From Antedon mediterranea (Eukaryota > Animalia > Echinodermata), in assembly GCF_964355755.1 (NCBI RefSeq), contig NC_092677.1, forward strand, positions 27,019,175 to 27,083,174: a stretch of DNA of 64,000 nucleotides, read 5' to 3'. Each line of letters begins with the position of its first letter. Positions within the stretch are counted from its first letter, which is position 1. The notes beneath the pieces were generated by a model, which ran no database searches, was not told the origin of the DNA, and worked only from the letters and a program-made list of their open reading frames with translations. This document shows positions 1 through 12,900 of this stretch, piece after piece. The position numbers were made by a program, and so were the translations under genes.

Positions 1-1198
1 CCAACAATAAACATGCGGTATCGCATCTTCTGTAGGCAACCTTCGTTCCATATGACTATCCTGACACTATACAGTAGAAAGGTATGGTTTTGGTTCAGGG
101 TGCCTATAAATTTAGGCAGAGTTCACAGTCGTTTTATAATTAAAAAAATTTTGTTATACCACAGAAGCTGATTGGAGACGAAAATTAACGCACGCATGTT
201 TGGATACGTTGCATCATATGTGTTTAACGGTATGTCTAAATAATGGTTACTAAATTGTTTCGTTTATTTATTTTACCAGCATAAAATCAATACATGTACC
301 TTCAGAAGAAGTCGGCTACAAAAACAGTAACATAAAAAAAACAAAAATAACAAATCGATAAAAAATGCTGGGCAGGGGCAGCTTAAGCAAAATACATTGC
401 TGTAACTCAAATGAGTCAGTTACCCCTCGTATAAAATTTAAAGTTTGTCTGCAAATGTAAAGTGAACATAAAAAAATCTAATTATAAAACAGAATGCATC
501 AAAAGCCGTGAACCTCTGGTATTGTGTATACTTCACAATAGAGAAGGCCTTTCTTTTGTTAATGTACTTGTGAAATGAGGTTACTTTTATTTGCCTATTT
601 GATTTTTGTGTTTTTATTTATAATGCATGCATGGAATACATTATTACACATTATTTAACACTAAACCAATAAATGACTACTTCCTTTCTGGATTGCATCA
701 AGGATTCCAGATTGTCGCCTTCACTTCTCTGCCAAATCATTGATACTTGTTTCTGTACTAAAACTTGTGGACGCATCGCTTTGATTTGTTGCATCTTTGG
801 AACAAACTTCCACCTTTTGTTTTAAACTTATTTAAAATTAAATTAAAAACTCAATTTTAAACTCGCACATATTTGATTATTTTAACTGTTAATGATTCAT
901 GCTATACAAATTTAATTAAATATTTCAATCAATTAATCTTTTTAATATTGATTCAATTCAAGACATTTGCGTCCAAAAGACAAAAATAAAAAAAAAACAG
1001 TAATGACAGATTGAGATAATTTTAAAAATGGACGAAGGCAGGATCCCAAAAAGATGAAAATATTCTGGCAGGATTGCATTGACAAATTGATAATAAATAA
1101 ATAATTAAATAAATAATGCAATAAAAAACAAATAAATATTATACCGTTTATGCAATGTGTATGGAAATGCATAATAGAATTTACACTTGTCTTTCTAG

Positions 1199-4100
1199 CT
1201 ACATGTTGATGTTGCTGTACCACTGTCTAAGCAAGATGACTTGATATTTTACCTATTCTCACTAATGGCAGAAAAGTCCTGCTTTCTACGAGCAGCAACA
1301 CTATTAGAAGATGTACTTGGAGTGCGAAAGACTATGTTAAAACTAGAAAGTATACGTAAGTCAATAAATATTATATTACAAAAATTACTAATACAAGTAT
1401 AATCCAAGGCTCGAGTATATCGCACCTCCTAATTTAGGCTAAATTTAGACACAAGGTAAATACTGTACATTGTAATCCAAATATAATTCCACCCCATAAT
1501 TTTCAGAAAATTTTGTAACCACAACACCCGTATAACGTTTTGGAACTGTAAAGAAAGATAAAATCTGTCAATGTTGCCAGTATTCATTTAGTATAATGCG
1601 TTACTACCTTCATCAACGGTCTGAATAATTAAAATGATATCTTTAGGTCAAACCATTCATATATTTATATTTTGATCACAATTTTCAGCAAATTTACACA
1701 AGTTAGTCGAGAGTTTTGATGAAGAACAAATGGCCAACTTCTGTCGTGTTCTGTCAATTGCAATGTCCGACCTCGACCCAGGTGATGATGGCAACACGCT
1801 CCAAGCACAAGATCAAGCTAGTCGTAAGAAAGTTGGTGTACCGATCTCAGAGACCAATCAAGGTGATTACGAATTTGATGTTTAAAAAATAATATAGTCT
1901 GTAAATTATTTTTTAATCTTATAATATTGGCGTTTGTGATTGCTTTTTTTTTTGTACAGGTATTCTTATAGAGCTTCCACACTTCTTAAAGAAAATAGTG
2001 CGTATAGCAGTTAAAGAAATAGGTAAGGGGTATACACACATGGTTTGTAAACAAACAGTATTGTTTTTACAAATTGCCTTGAAATATTATTTTAATAATT
2101 ATTATTGTTTTAATAGTTATATTTGTTTATAATATTTAAAATATTTTATACCAATTTACATGAATTAATAACTACAAAATATTGTTATTAATTCAGATGG
2201 GTCAATGCCACCCTCATTGCCAGAAGTATTCAGTGAGATAGAAGGCTGGGTGACATGGTTGGACAGCTCACTAGCCTTTGACCCATTAATGGACATTGAC
2301 AGTGAATTGGACGATTCTATGGTTGACCAACCACTGGACTTCCAATCGCTTGCCCTACCACAATCTATTAAAAGAATGCATGAATTGGTGTACAAAGTTG
2401 AGGTGTTGTATGTGCTGTGTCTTCTATTAAGTGGCAAGCAGAGAAACAAGGTAATTCATTACAACCAAAGTGATGGACACATCTTCTTTGCCATGATGAC
2501 TTAGGTGGTTATGCTACAACCTGCTATACATTTCACGCCATGAATTAATGAATATTTCTCACTACAGTACTGTTGGTGTGCCTACATAGGTAGGATAGGA
2601 TAGACAGATGCCTTTTCACTCGAGATCCTGTGAATTCTGTTCCAGCAAGCTTCAAAGTGCTGGGAACAGAGCAGAGATTTAAATGATTCCTGTGCTTTTC
2701 TTCCTTTCTTGGTTATTTTAGGATAATTTATAGATCATTTTTGTGTGTAAAATTCTTAGAAACATTGTATGTGCACTATATAAGACTACCATGAAATAAT
2801 TATCATTACATGCCAACTCCAGGTTGTTGATCCTACCTCATTGGACCCAATCTTGTTTTTACATAGGTTCATACCGAGGTGTCGTCACACAAGCTTATGC
2901 CCGGATTAAATCGTTTGTTTGACCGTGTCATCTGGCGGTGTAACCTGCGTCCATTTCACCGCCAATCGGGACACTTGGAGAATTGCGAGTGTAGTCCTGA
3001 AGTAGCACTGAAGATTCAGTTCTTGCGTCTTATTCACAGTTATTGTGATCATCATCAGTAAGTTCACTACAGGCCTCTATTTTGTTTTCATTTTTAAATT
3101 CATTTGTGATAAGCTTAAATATAACGAGGCATTTAATAAGAAGCCAAACTGACTTTAATTTGAGCTCAGACATGTTTAGAGAACCATTTCTCAACATCAT
3201 AAGTATCTGGCAGTTCTTATATACCACCTTAACTTTTTGTAAATGTGGCAATTAATTAGCATAATAAAGAATTCATTTGTACTTGAAATTTCACTCATAT
3301 GTTCAGAACATTGTATTTAAAACTTTTGCAGCAACAAATATTTGATTATGACCAGATCAGAGATCCAGGAAGTGACGAGGATATCTGTGAGTCTAGGGCT
3401 ACCTGTAGCAGATGAAGTTAAAAACATAAACAAATCACTACTATGCACTGGCAAGAAAGGACTGCTGACAAAGGTCATTGAAGCCATGAAAAGGTCAACA
3501 GTAGAGTCGCATTTCAGGTAACTTAAATAATTTCATAAATCTTCATTGTATAGTTCTCCCAATACTTTTTCCTGTATGGATATGTCTCCCTATTTTTATT
3601 TTCACTTCCTGTTGCACACAAAATATAAAACTGTAAGGTAGGTGCCTGGGTACAAAATTTGCCAAATATTTGGAGGTCGGATTATACTCTGATTGAATTA
3701 CTAACATCTGGGTATTTAAACAGTCTTAGCATCTGGTGTCAGAATTGAGCCTAAAGTAGAGGGTGGGATTAATTATACCAGAGGATGAGATTACTATTAG
3801 TGTAGCTTTTCTTAATTCATATTGTCATCTTATTTTATTGTTGTATTGGTTCTTTTCAGGTTTTGGTTGGGTAGAGCAGTAGAAAGCTTCTTGAGAGGCA
3901 AGACATCCGTGATAGACCAGACATTTATATTAAAGAAGAGGCTACTTGAGGTTTGTGTGTAAAGCTCTGTCTACACTATCATATTTTTTGGTCGCATAAA
4001 CTTTGATAGTGTAGAGAGCTTTAGATTATTAATATTAGCATCCACATTTGTACACAGGACTTCTCCAGTTTCTTACCATTGCGTCCTCTAGTATCTATGG

Positions 4101-5812
4101 TAATGTCATTAATGTGATGGTTTTTCTGTATGTCTTTTCAGCATCTAATAAGTCACATGATTGACAATGATGTCAAATCCAAGGAGATTTTACAGAGCAG
4201 TTTTGATCTGCTAGCAGAATTAATGAAGTTCAACATCAAAGCATTTGAACGATTTGAGAAATGCACATCACAAGAAGGGGTAAGAAAGAAAAAATCTTTG
4301 TGAGTTTAATAACAGGCTATATAGAATGATCTGATATTGACATTCAACTATCTTCTGGAAGCGGTGCATGCTAAAAACTAATGTAAGCGGAACTCTTTCA
4401 AATCTAAATATATCAATAAATGGGTCAGTATGATTTATGGAAACTGGTTGTAATTTGCAATATGTGCAAAACACATTGTTTTATTTTATGCAGCTGGATA
4501 AATTTATGTCAATGGTGAACAAAAACCTTGTGGACTCCAACATGTTTATCAGGTGCCTACTTTTGACGCTAGAGAGGATTGAGCGAGAGGATGTCCATAA
4601 CTTAGGTATGTAAATAGCAAATTTGAGGTATCGTGAACATTTATTAGTCTACATGGATTAAGACAAAAAAAGCTATTAAAAGCTACCAACTGTAGGTATA
4701 AATCGCAGCATGTGAAAATAGTACAATAGGAAACTAGTTATTAAGTTCACTTGTCATTACAGAGTTTGCCCTTACAAAGTCCCGCCTCCTTATGCATATT
4801 CATGACAGGAAGACAAGAGTTGGTTTCCTGAAGAAGTTGATTAACATAATCCATGTAGAAATTCTCACGCAGGTAAATTTATTCGTAACTAAATTTGATG
4901 TTTTAATATCAACATAACATACTAAACTTATTCCAAATGAGAGAGGTCTGGATAATTAAAACATCAAACATAACGCTTTGTTTTTGCTTCTTGAAGAAAT
5001 AATTAAGCTCAACATATTTATTAAAGAAAGTGTTTAATGCTTAATGTTAATACAGGAGAATGTAAGCTGCCTGAACACCACAATCATCTTGCTGATGTTT
5101 GCTCAACGATCTGGAGAGCTATCTGTGTATCTAAAATTACTTAGAGAAGAGGAACAGAATAACTGCCGTCCTGGCTTCATTCTACACAACTTTAGGTAGG
5201 TTTATATATACACCTACTGTTTCAATGCCTCTATGAACCCACAGCAGCCACATTACAGCGCTTACTATGAAATTGAACATACTGTAACCCACCTATTGTT
5301 CTAAAAGATGCACTAGCGATGCAAACAGATTTATTTTCCAATGCTCCCTGCATTAATTATCAACTTTATTGCACTTAAAAAATACTACATATTACATATT
5401 GTGTAACATTGCATGTAACATTACAAAACATTAACTGCACTGCGATCAGTGATGCAGTAAACTCAATCATAACCATGATAAAATGATACATGTTTTCTGA
5501 TTTATATTTAATTTATAGGCAACTATTGTTTTTCTGGCAAGACCACTATCTTCACAAGGACAAAGATTGCACGGCCTTGGAAAAGGTAAGCAGTAAAATA
5601 TTAAACTCCCTTGGTATCTTGTATGGCAAATAAAAATGCCACAAACAAACATCAACATTTTTAATTTCTGTTTTTAGAGCTCAAACATCAGTTTTTCAGT
5701 TTGGAAAGAAATGGTTTCTGGTTTAACGAGCAACGACACGACATCGCCGAACACCTTAGCGTACTATTTAAAGCAAGACAACTTGTTAGATGATGACGTT
5801 GCTATGGAATGA
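1199..5812 (+). CDS. TRPC4AP: Short transient receptor potential channel 4-associated protein (TRUSS), multi-exon, 5' part not resolved or outside the window
   Basis: GT-AG exons at about 1199-1355, 1689-1862, 1960-2021, 2198-2450, 2868-3057, 3355-3518, 3860-3950, 4142-4279, 4494-4605, 4763-4872, 5056-5195, 5519-5585, 5678-5812 splice to ...LIFYLFSLMAEKSCFLRAATLLEDVLGVRK..., FDEEQMANFCRVLSIAMSD, LPQSIKRMHELVYKVEVLYVLCLLLSGKQRNKV, CECSPEVALKIQFLRLIHSYCDHH, ENVSCLNTTIILLMFA, ...ISFSVWKEMVS...; these match remembered vertebrate TRPC4AP blocks. Stop TGA 5810-5812; AATAAA at 7041. Confidence 0.92.
3963..4020. mobile_element. MITE family A (TIR AGCTCTGTCTACACTATC), internally deleted copy
   Basis: agctctgtctacactatc...gatagtgtagagagct inverted ends, same as the full copies elsewhere in the window; in a TRPC4AP intron. 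Confidence 0.8.
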
Positions 5813-7086
5813 ACAGGCTTTCTGATTGGATGATTGTTGACCAATGAATGAAGGATGATTGTACATCAAAGGAACGAGTAAATGAATATGATATGCATTC
5901 AAGTTGAAAGATTTGGAGTAAGGTGTTTTACAGCTCAATTTATAACTAGCTGAAATGTGCATCTAGTAAGAATCAAACTTTTTAATTTAATATTGACGAA
6001 TCAAGTGATAGAGAATTTCCAATGGGCTATAATTAAATCTTTGGTAGGTCGTAGGTAGAGTATTTTCAATAAAATTTCAATAAATAGTAATGAGCGGGTT
6101 GTATCTGCTAAGTCTAAACATATTTTAATATTAGTAATACTGTAATTAGGAATGTATGTAATGGAATTGTATAGTTTTGCCAAAGAAATACTCGACATAA
6201 CTAAATATGTATATTGCATGAATTAGCCAGTGGTGGTTAAACAATTTGTAAAAACTAAAATTATATTGCTTGTCAAAAATAATGAGTGTTGATTATTACA
6301 ATATATATTTTTTTTTAAATGAAAATTTAAAATGTTGGTGTTTACCACTATGTTATAATAACTTGATTTGTAAATTGTTTTTAAACCTTTGCAGGCTAGT
6401 GTTTTATTTAAATGCTATACCTCGCTGTGACAATATTCAATTTTTTTTTACATTTTTAATGTTTTTATGCATAATTTCATTGATACATTTTGACAACTCA
6501 TGGATCTACCTATACATACATTTTATCTACCATTTATATTTTAATGTGTTTTTATTTTAAAAGGTTTTGATTTTATTTATTGTTTCGTAAAATGAATTTT
6601 TAATGTTTCTTTTGTGTATGTAAATTTAATTTAGTTTTCTTTTTGTAAAATATTTTTGAGTGATTACTTATTATTTTCTTCTAAATATTGATAAGTTTGT
6701 AACGATTTCTTTTTGATTAATAATGCAATACTACATGTACATAATGCTTATTATTCTTCAAAACACTATTGCATTAATATACTATCAAGTCTTGAATTAT
6801 AAAGACTTCTGTAATTTTTATATTTTAATAAGTTGAATTGCTCAGAATTTGTCTTTTACCTGCTGTTTGTGGTTAGTACAGTTAACATATTAATAAGTTT
6901 ATCCTGTAATAATATTGTACGATGCTATAACATAATATTCAAAATAATAATTCTTATTTACTTCTGGTTTATTTATTTATTACCTGTTTTGTTTATTTCT
7001 ATTCACAATATTGCAACAGATATTTTATTTTATTTATGTGAATAAAATCTGCATACATTATCTGTAAAAATGTGAGTTGTGTTTTA

Positions 7087-7239
7087 TGTTAATGATGTTT
7101 TAAACACTCGGAAGCGGGTGAAAAAGTAAAATGGCTGGCTGGCCTAGCTGCACCCTAGTTATAGGATCTCGGAAGCAGTTGAAAAAGTAAAATGGCTCAG
7201 TGGCTGGCTGGCCTAGCTGCACCCTAATTATAAAGATCC
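7087..7239. repeat. Two-copy direct repeat of about 60-70 bp
   Basis: ctcggaagc..tgaaaaagtaaaatggct..ggctggcctagctgcacccta.ttata..gatc occurs twice in tandem. Confidence 0.85.
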
Positions 7240-9405
7240 TAGCCTACAATACATGTAGGATAGGTAGGCCTAGCCTATAGGCCTAGCTAATATTTTTAGA
7301 ATGCATAAATATTGAAATAAAATTGTTAGTAAGATCTTACCAACCTCATGAATCATGACTATGGTCTAATTATTTTAGTACTGGCTAGGCCCTAGACTGT
7401 TAAGCCAAGAATGTCCTTGCCAGCCTAGCTTATGCTATGTGTAGCCTAGGCCCTACCTTCTAGTAGTAGGTAAAGCTAGGCCTACTGGCCTTGTCGGGCT
7501 AAAGTTCAACGGAGCTTTTTAACACCTACCTTCTAGTTCCTCAGCAATATTTTTGCTCTTTAATGTTTTAATATATATTCCTTTGAATGTCGTCTCATAA
7601 GCGTAGTTTTTTCTCTTCAAATAGGTAAATTAAAGATCATTTTAATGTTACAAATTTCAAATTTGATGAGCTCTCCGCCATCGTGACTACTTAAAGCACA
7701 TTAGGTACTTTACTTGTCGTCTGCCACAAATCTGTACTCTGATTGGTCAAAAGTGTAAATTGTCTAGGCAATGTAGTGACTAGAGTTACGGTAGTCGCTT
7801 CCGGACGCGATCACATGACATAAATAAATGTTAGTACACACTTTACTGTATTAAAACAAAACTTGTTTCCCTGAAATATTAAAAAGAAATGAACCTCTTA
7901 GATAAATTCATGTTAATGTCATTAACTTTTTTTGGATGATAGTGTTTGAAATTCATGATTCAAAATGGGGAAAAATGTTTTGTTTTAATTCCATATGTAG
8001 ACATACTATTTGCAAACATTATGTCCATAAGTAATTATGAATTTTTAGGCAACTTGTAAATATTATATCTGCACAATACTATTTATTTATTTTTTCTTAT
8101 TTTGTTGTTGCTTCATTGCACAGCATCGATCAAAGATGTATCATGAAAAAGGCGTCACCTTACAGAACAACAAAACATGTGTACACAACTTTTATATATC
8201 CCCTATGTGCAAATTTTATTATTTTCTCATTACATTTCAAATTTCTGGTGCTTTGGTCTTTTTAACATAAGAATCTTAAAAGTTTTTAATAATATTTACA
8301 TACGATACAACAGCCAAAGAAAATATAACCTAAGAAACACAATAAAATATACTTAGTAAAACCCATACAGTACAATAAAATGAAATTAGTACAAAAATAA
8401 TTGCTGTATATACATAAAGAATTTAAGCGCGATTTAATGTGCAGAAACAGTACGATCACTATATTGCATAATTGGAAAGAAATTGTAGTACTGGATTAAA
8501 TAAAATTAAACATAAATTAACACCATACATATTAAACACCTTTTCTATCTATCGTTATAAATCAGTGAGTTAAACACAAGTTGATTCCGTATGTATAGAC
8601 CATTTTTGTAAAATTTCCTAAAAAATCGATAAGTTTTAAAGACATTTTTACCGCACAAAATGATCTAATACAGTACTGCCCATATAGTGCATTTCTTAAT
8701 ATTAATTTAAGTGCATATAAAATGTGTATACTAATCTATAAATGTTTGCAAAAATATCGCATAGAATTTTAATACATATATTTACATATACCTTCTGTGT
8801 TGCATAGAACTAACTGGAAGTTGTGACGGTATTTCTACATCAAAAAACGCAATAAACGTTTAACAAAATAGATTAAAAATTAGGGATTTAGAACAGATTA
8901 TATAAATTCATTATATTAAAAATTTAAAAACAACAATACACACTCAAACACAAATTGCAAATATAAGTGATAAGTGTAATAATTATTAATTGAAAAAGAG
9001 TTACACATTTATTAATATATAAAGTTATCCGTTTATTTAAAAGTGTGCAAAAATTTTCAAAATACTAAATATTTATTCGATGGAAGTACATATTTCTCCA
9101 ACCCACAATAAAAACTGTGTAAACACGTCTTTACGTTATAACGACCCTTTAGGGATGTAATATATTGCATATTATACTTAATAAAATAGAACTTGGAAGA
9201 ACCTTGACTTGCATAATATTGTATATTGTATACAAAATATTTTCAGATATTAAAGTTTATAATATTATATATATAGTGAGTGTTTATATAAAATCTGAAA
9301 CACTATTACCAAATTAACACTCGTAACATATTAGAATCATCTTTTATACCCGTCACCAGCACAATTAAATTGTGTATTTAATAATCAATTAATATTTAAA
9401 ACTTA

Positions 9406-9547
9406 AACTCTGTCTACACTATCAAACTTTATGTGACCAAAAAAAATGTGATGCCCCCATATATGGACATGATGATGTCATATCATTACCGTACTTGGGT
9501 ACATCACATCTTTTTTGTCTAACTAGTTTGATAGTGTAGACAGAGTT
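9406..9547. mobile_element. MITE family A copy in the probable RREB1 3' UTR
   Basis: aactctgtctacactatcaaac...gtttgatagtgtagacagagtt, TTA on both sides, internal catatatggacatgatgatgtcatatca core. Confidence 0.88.
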
Positions 9548-9968
9548 TTAGGCAACTCTTGTTTATGTCACCAACATTTTATTGGTAAAATTATTACAGA
9601 AACAAAAGTAATACATAAATTAATTCTATAATAAAAAGAAAATAATAATATCACAATTTCATAGAGTTTGTCACATTTTCAAATCTTTCTCATAATCCAT
9701 GATTCAAAATGTAGACAATACATTTGTTGACAAATTATCTAGTGCATAAACGATTTATGTAACTTGCAAAAATAATTTAAAATCTGAGTACATTATAAGT
9801 TTATGCATTACATTGCTCACATACAAAAACACCTTTTAACACTATGTTCTTCTCTAACAGAAAAACTATTTGTCATTACACTAAATTACAAGACAATTTA
9901 AAACCCTTGTACAAAGTTAATTCATAAAGCAGTACTTTTTTATTATTGGTAGAACTTTAGTTGGCAAC

Positions 9969-12900
9969 TTAGACGCCGAGTAACTTCGCAGCAGAATCTG
10001 CAGAGTCCAGCATTTCATCAATCATAGAAGAATCTTGGATTCCAAGCAGATTCTTAATGATGTCGGTGTCATCAATCCTGCTCATGAGACTCTCACCATC
10101 TTCCAGCAAATCACCATTATTCCCTGGAGACATCAACATGGTGCTACGCTGTAAAGTGGAGGGAAGATAGATGTCTTGAGAGTTTGACAAAGTGCCATCG
10201 ATATCAAAGTTATTGGCAGCTGATTTGTTGGTGTTTTCCATTTGAGTCTCTACTTCGTTGTAATCTGCGGAAAAGGTAGTACTGGATTTCTGCAGTATCC
10301 AATTGGAATGGTTATGCGTTCGTTGATGGCGAACTAAGCTATGCTTAAATCCAAAGTTACGATTACAGTCAGTGCATACAAACGGTCTTTCCCCTGTATG
10401 CGTACGATCATGTCGCTTCAAGTCGCGGGAAGACAAAAATTTCTTCTGGCAAACATCGCATGAAAATTTTCTACGTAGATCTTCGGTTACTTGTTTCCCA
10501 GGAGGAGAATGAATTATTTTAGCGGGTAAACTGTTGAATGACTTTTCAGACGATGCATGGTCTGTGTCATTGGATGAATGCACCGACTCTACATCTTCCG
10601 AATCCTTGATATCGTCTTCATGGTTAGCAGCGCTAATCTGACTCGTAGCTTCTCTGATCAGTTCATTCTGTTCGGTTTCTGACAACTCCATTACCTTAAA
10701 CACATCCTCTCTTTGTTTTCCATGAATTTTAATCATATGCCTTTGACAATTAAACTTTGTAGTGAAGGACGATGAACAAATAGAGCACTTGAACGGATGT
10801 TCCAAAGTATGCACGCGGTAATGACGACGAAGCGTTGCAGAGTTTTTAAACTTTTTCTTACACTGTTTACAAATGTGAGTACAAGTTAATTTCCTGCGCT
10901 TCCGTCCATTAACCGACATCGGGGCATCCAATGGTTTGCTATCAAGTTGGTTTTCATCCGTATCGTTTAGCTTCATCACGTCAGACTCATCGTCGTCTTT
11001 GTTCATCTCTCCTTCCTCGACGTGCATATCAATACCAATTTCTTGATCAAACTCTATAGCTTTACTTTCATCATCAAACGTAGCAGCAACACTTTCAGCC
11101 ATATTAAGAACACACTCTTCATTGTCATTGGTAGGATTGACTTCCTCGTTATTGTACATAATATCATCAGACTTATCTAAGTCTGTATCAGGATGTTGTA
11201 TAACGTCGTCTGCAATATTCTCTTCTGCGTTTTCTTTTTCTGTTTCTAGAGATTTATCCTTCTGTTGGTTACCGTCATCAGCCTTTGGTTTGAGTTTATT
11301 CATGAGTTCTTCGAGCGGGATTTGCATCACTTGTTTTGCTCTTGCAAAGTACGACGGCAGATCGTCATTTGGGTGATTCTCTTGATAATGAGATTCAAGC
11401 AAGTCAATTCTGTTGAAAGATATTTTTGTACAGATTTCACAGTTGAATGGATTCACGGTGGTAAGTTTAGTAGCTTCATCTTGAGTTATGTTATGCTTCC
11501 TCACCATGTGCCGTTCGCAGTTAGATTTCGTTGAGAAAGTTGCTGTGCAGGTGCAACACTGATATGGTTTCAATCCTGAATGAACCAATAGATGTCTACG
11601 TAAAGAACTTATCCATGGAAACATTCGGGGACAATAAGGGCATGACAATTTTTTTACGAATTTATATCGTACGCGTCCTTTTTTATCATCCTCACTACCG
11701 TCTTTCTTCACTTCCGTTTTCGCATTACTTTCCAGTTTATCGCTGGATGGCACAGATTCTGCTGAAGGTTGCAGTTTGATTATGGGGTTTTCTATTTTAT
11801 TTTCGTTAGCAATGTGACCTAGTGGAATACCTGTCTGTGGGATATCTATCGCAGGTGGGTTCAATAGTCTTGCTTCTAGAAGAGACTGAAAATTATGGGT
11901 ATTGGTTGCTGCAAGCATTTTTGAAATGCTAGTTAAATCGCCACCTGGATCAGATTCGAAACTGGCAATTGAAGGTGGATTAGAACTCTGAACAAAAGCA
12001 ACGTTACGCTCTTCATTTATAGTACTGTTTAGATCTACCCATTCTCTGACCGATGGTTTCTCTCGTGGTTTAAAAGTTCTCTTTGATGGCGTTTTTGAAA
12101 GAAGTTTATGTTGCATTGGTGTGGTGACCTTTGGAATGAAAGACTGAAAGGGTGCCTCTGGTATCGCATTGTGTCTCTTCAACATGTGTTTATCAAGATT
12201 TTCTTTAACAGTAAAAGCTGCAGAACAGTAATAACATCGGAAAGGTCTTTCTGCCGTGTGTGATCGAATGTGTCTTTTAAACATAGTACTTCTACTGAAA
12301 GCTAACGAACAATGAGGGCAAACAAGAGCATCTACTGCTCTGCTGTAAAACTTGTGATAAACACGTTTAAAACGAAGCTTTCCAATTGTTGCTTGCGGGA
12401 TTATTAAACCATTTTGTGGAATTTTACTTTCAGAATTCCCTAGGATTTGACTGGTTGATGCTAAAGAAATCATTGCCTTCTGTTTATCTGCTTTCATACT
12501 GAAGTCAAGCGGTTGTTCTGAAACATCTTCACTTGGTGCATCACTTTCTGGCTTGCTTGGTTCCTGAATGATCATAAGTGATTCAACATCTTCTGCACGG
12601 ACTTCTGGATGTCTCTTTGTTATATGTCTCATGCAGTTGTTTTTTGATGCGAACCCACTTGGGCAACGACTACATATGTACGGTTTATCATCACACTTTT
12701 CATGAACTCGCATGTGGTTTTGAAGGTCTCTAAAAAACTTAAAACTTCTGCCACATATATTACACATGGATTCAGGCGCTGTGAAAGTATTCCTTTCTTC
12801 TGGTAATTTTGGGTTCTCGTTGGCGACAATACAGGAATCAATGTCGGCTTTGTCATCTTTATGATGTTTCTTTCGAATGTGTCTTTCGCAATTTGCTTTT

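Noticed and set aside
660-815. Coding-like minus-strand stretch (MQQIKAMRPQVLVQKQ...)
   Set aside because: No convincing acceptor or recognisable homology; cannot be tied to a gene
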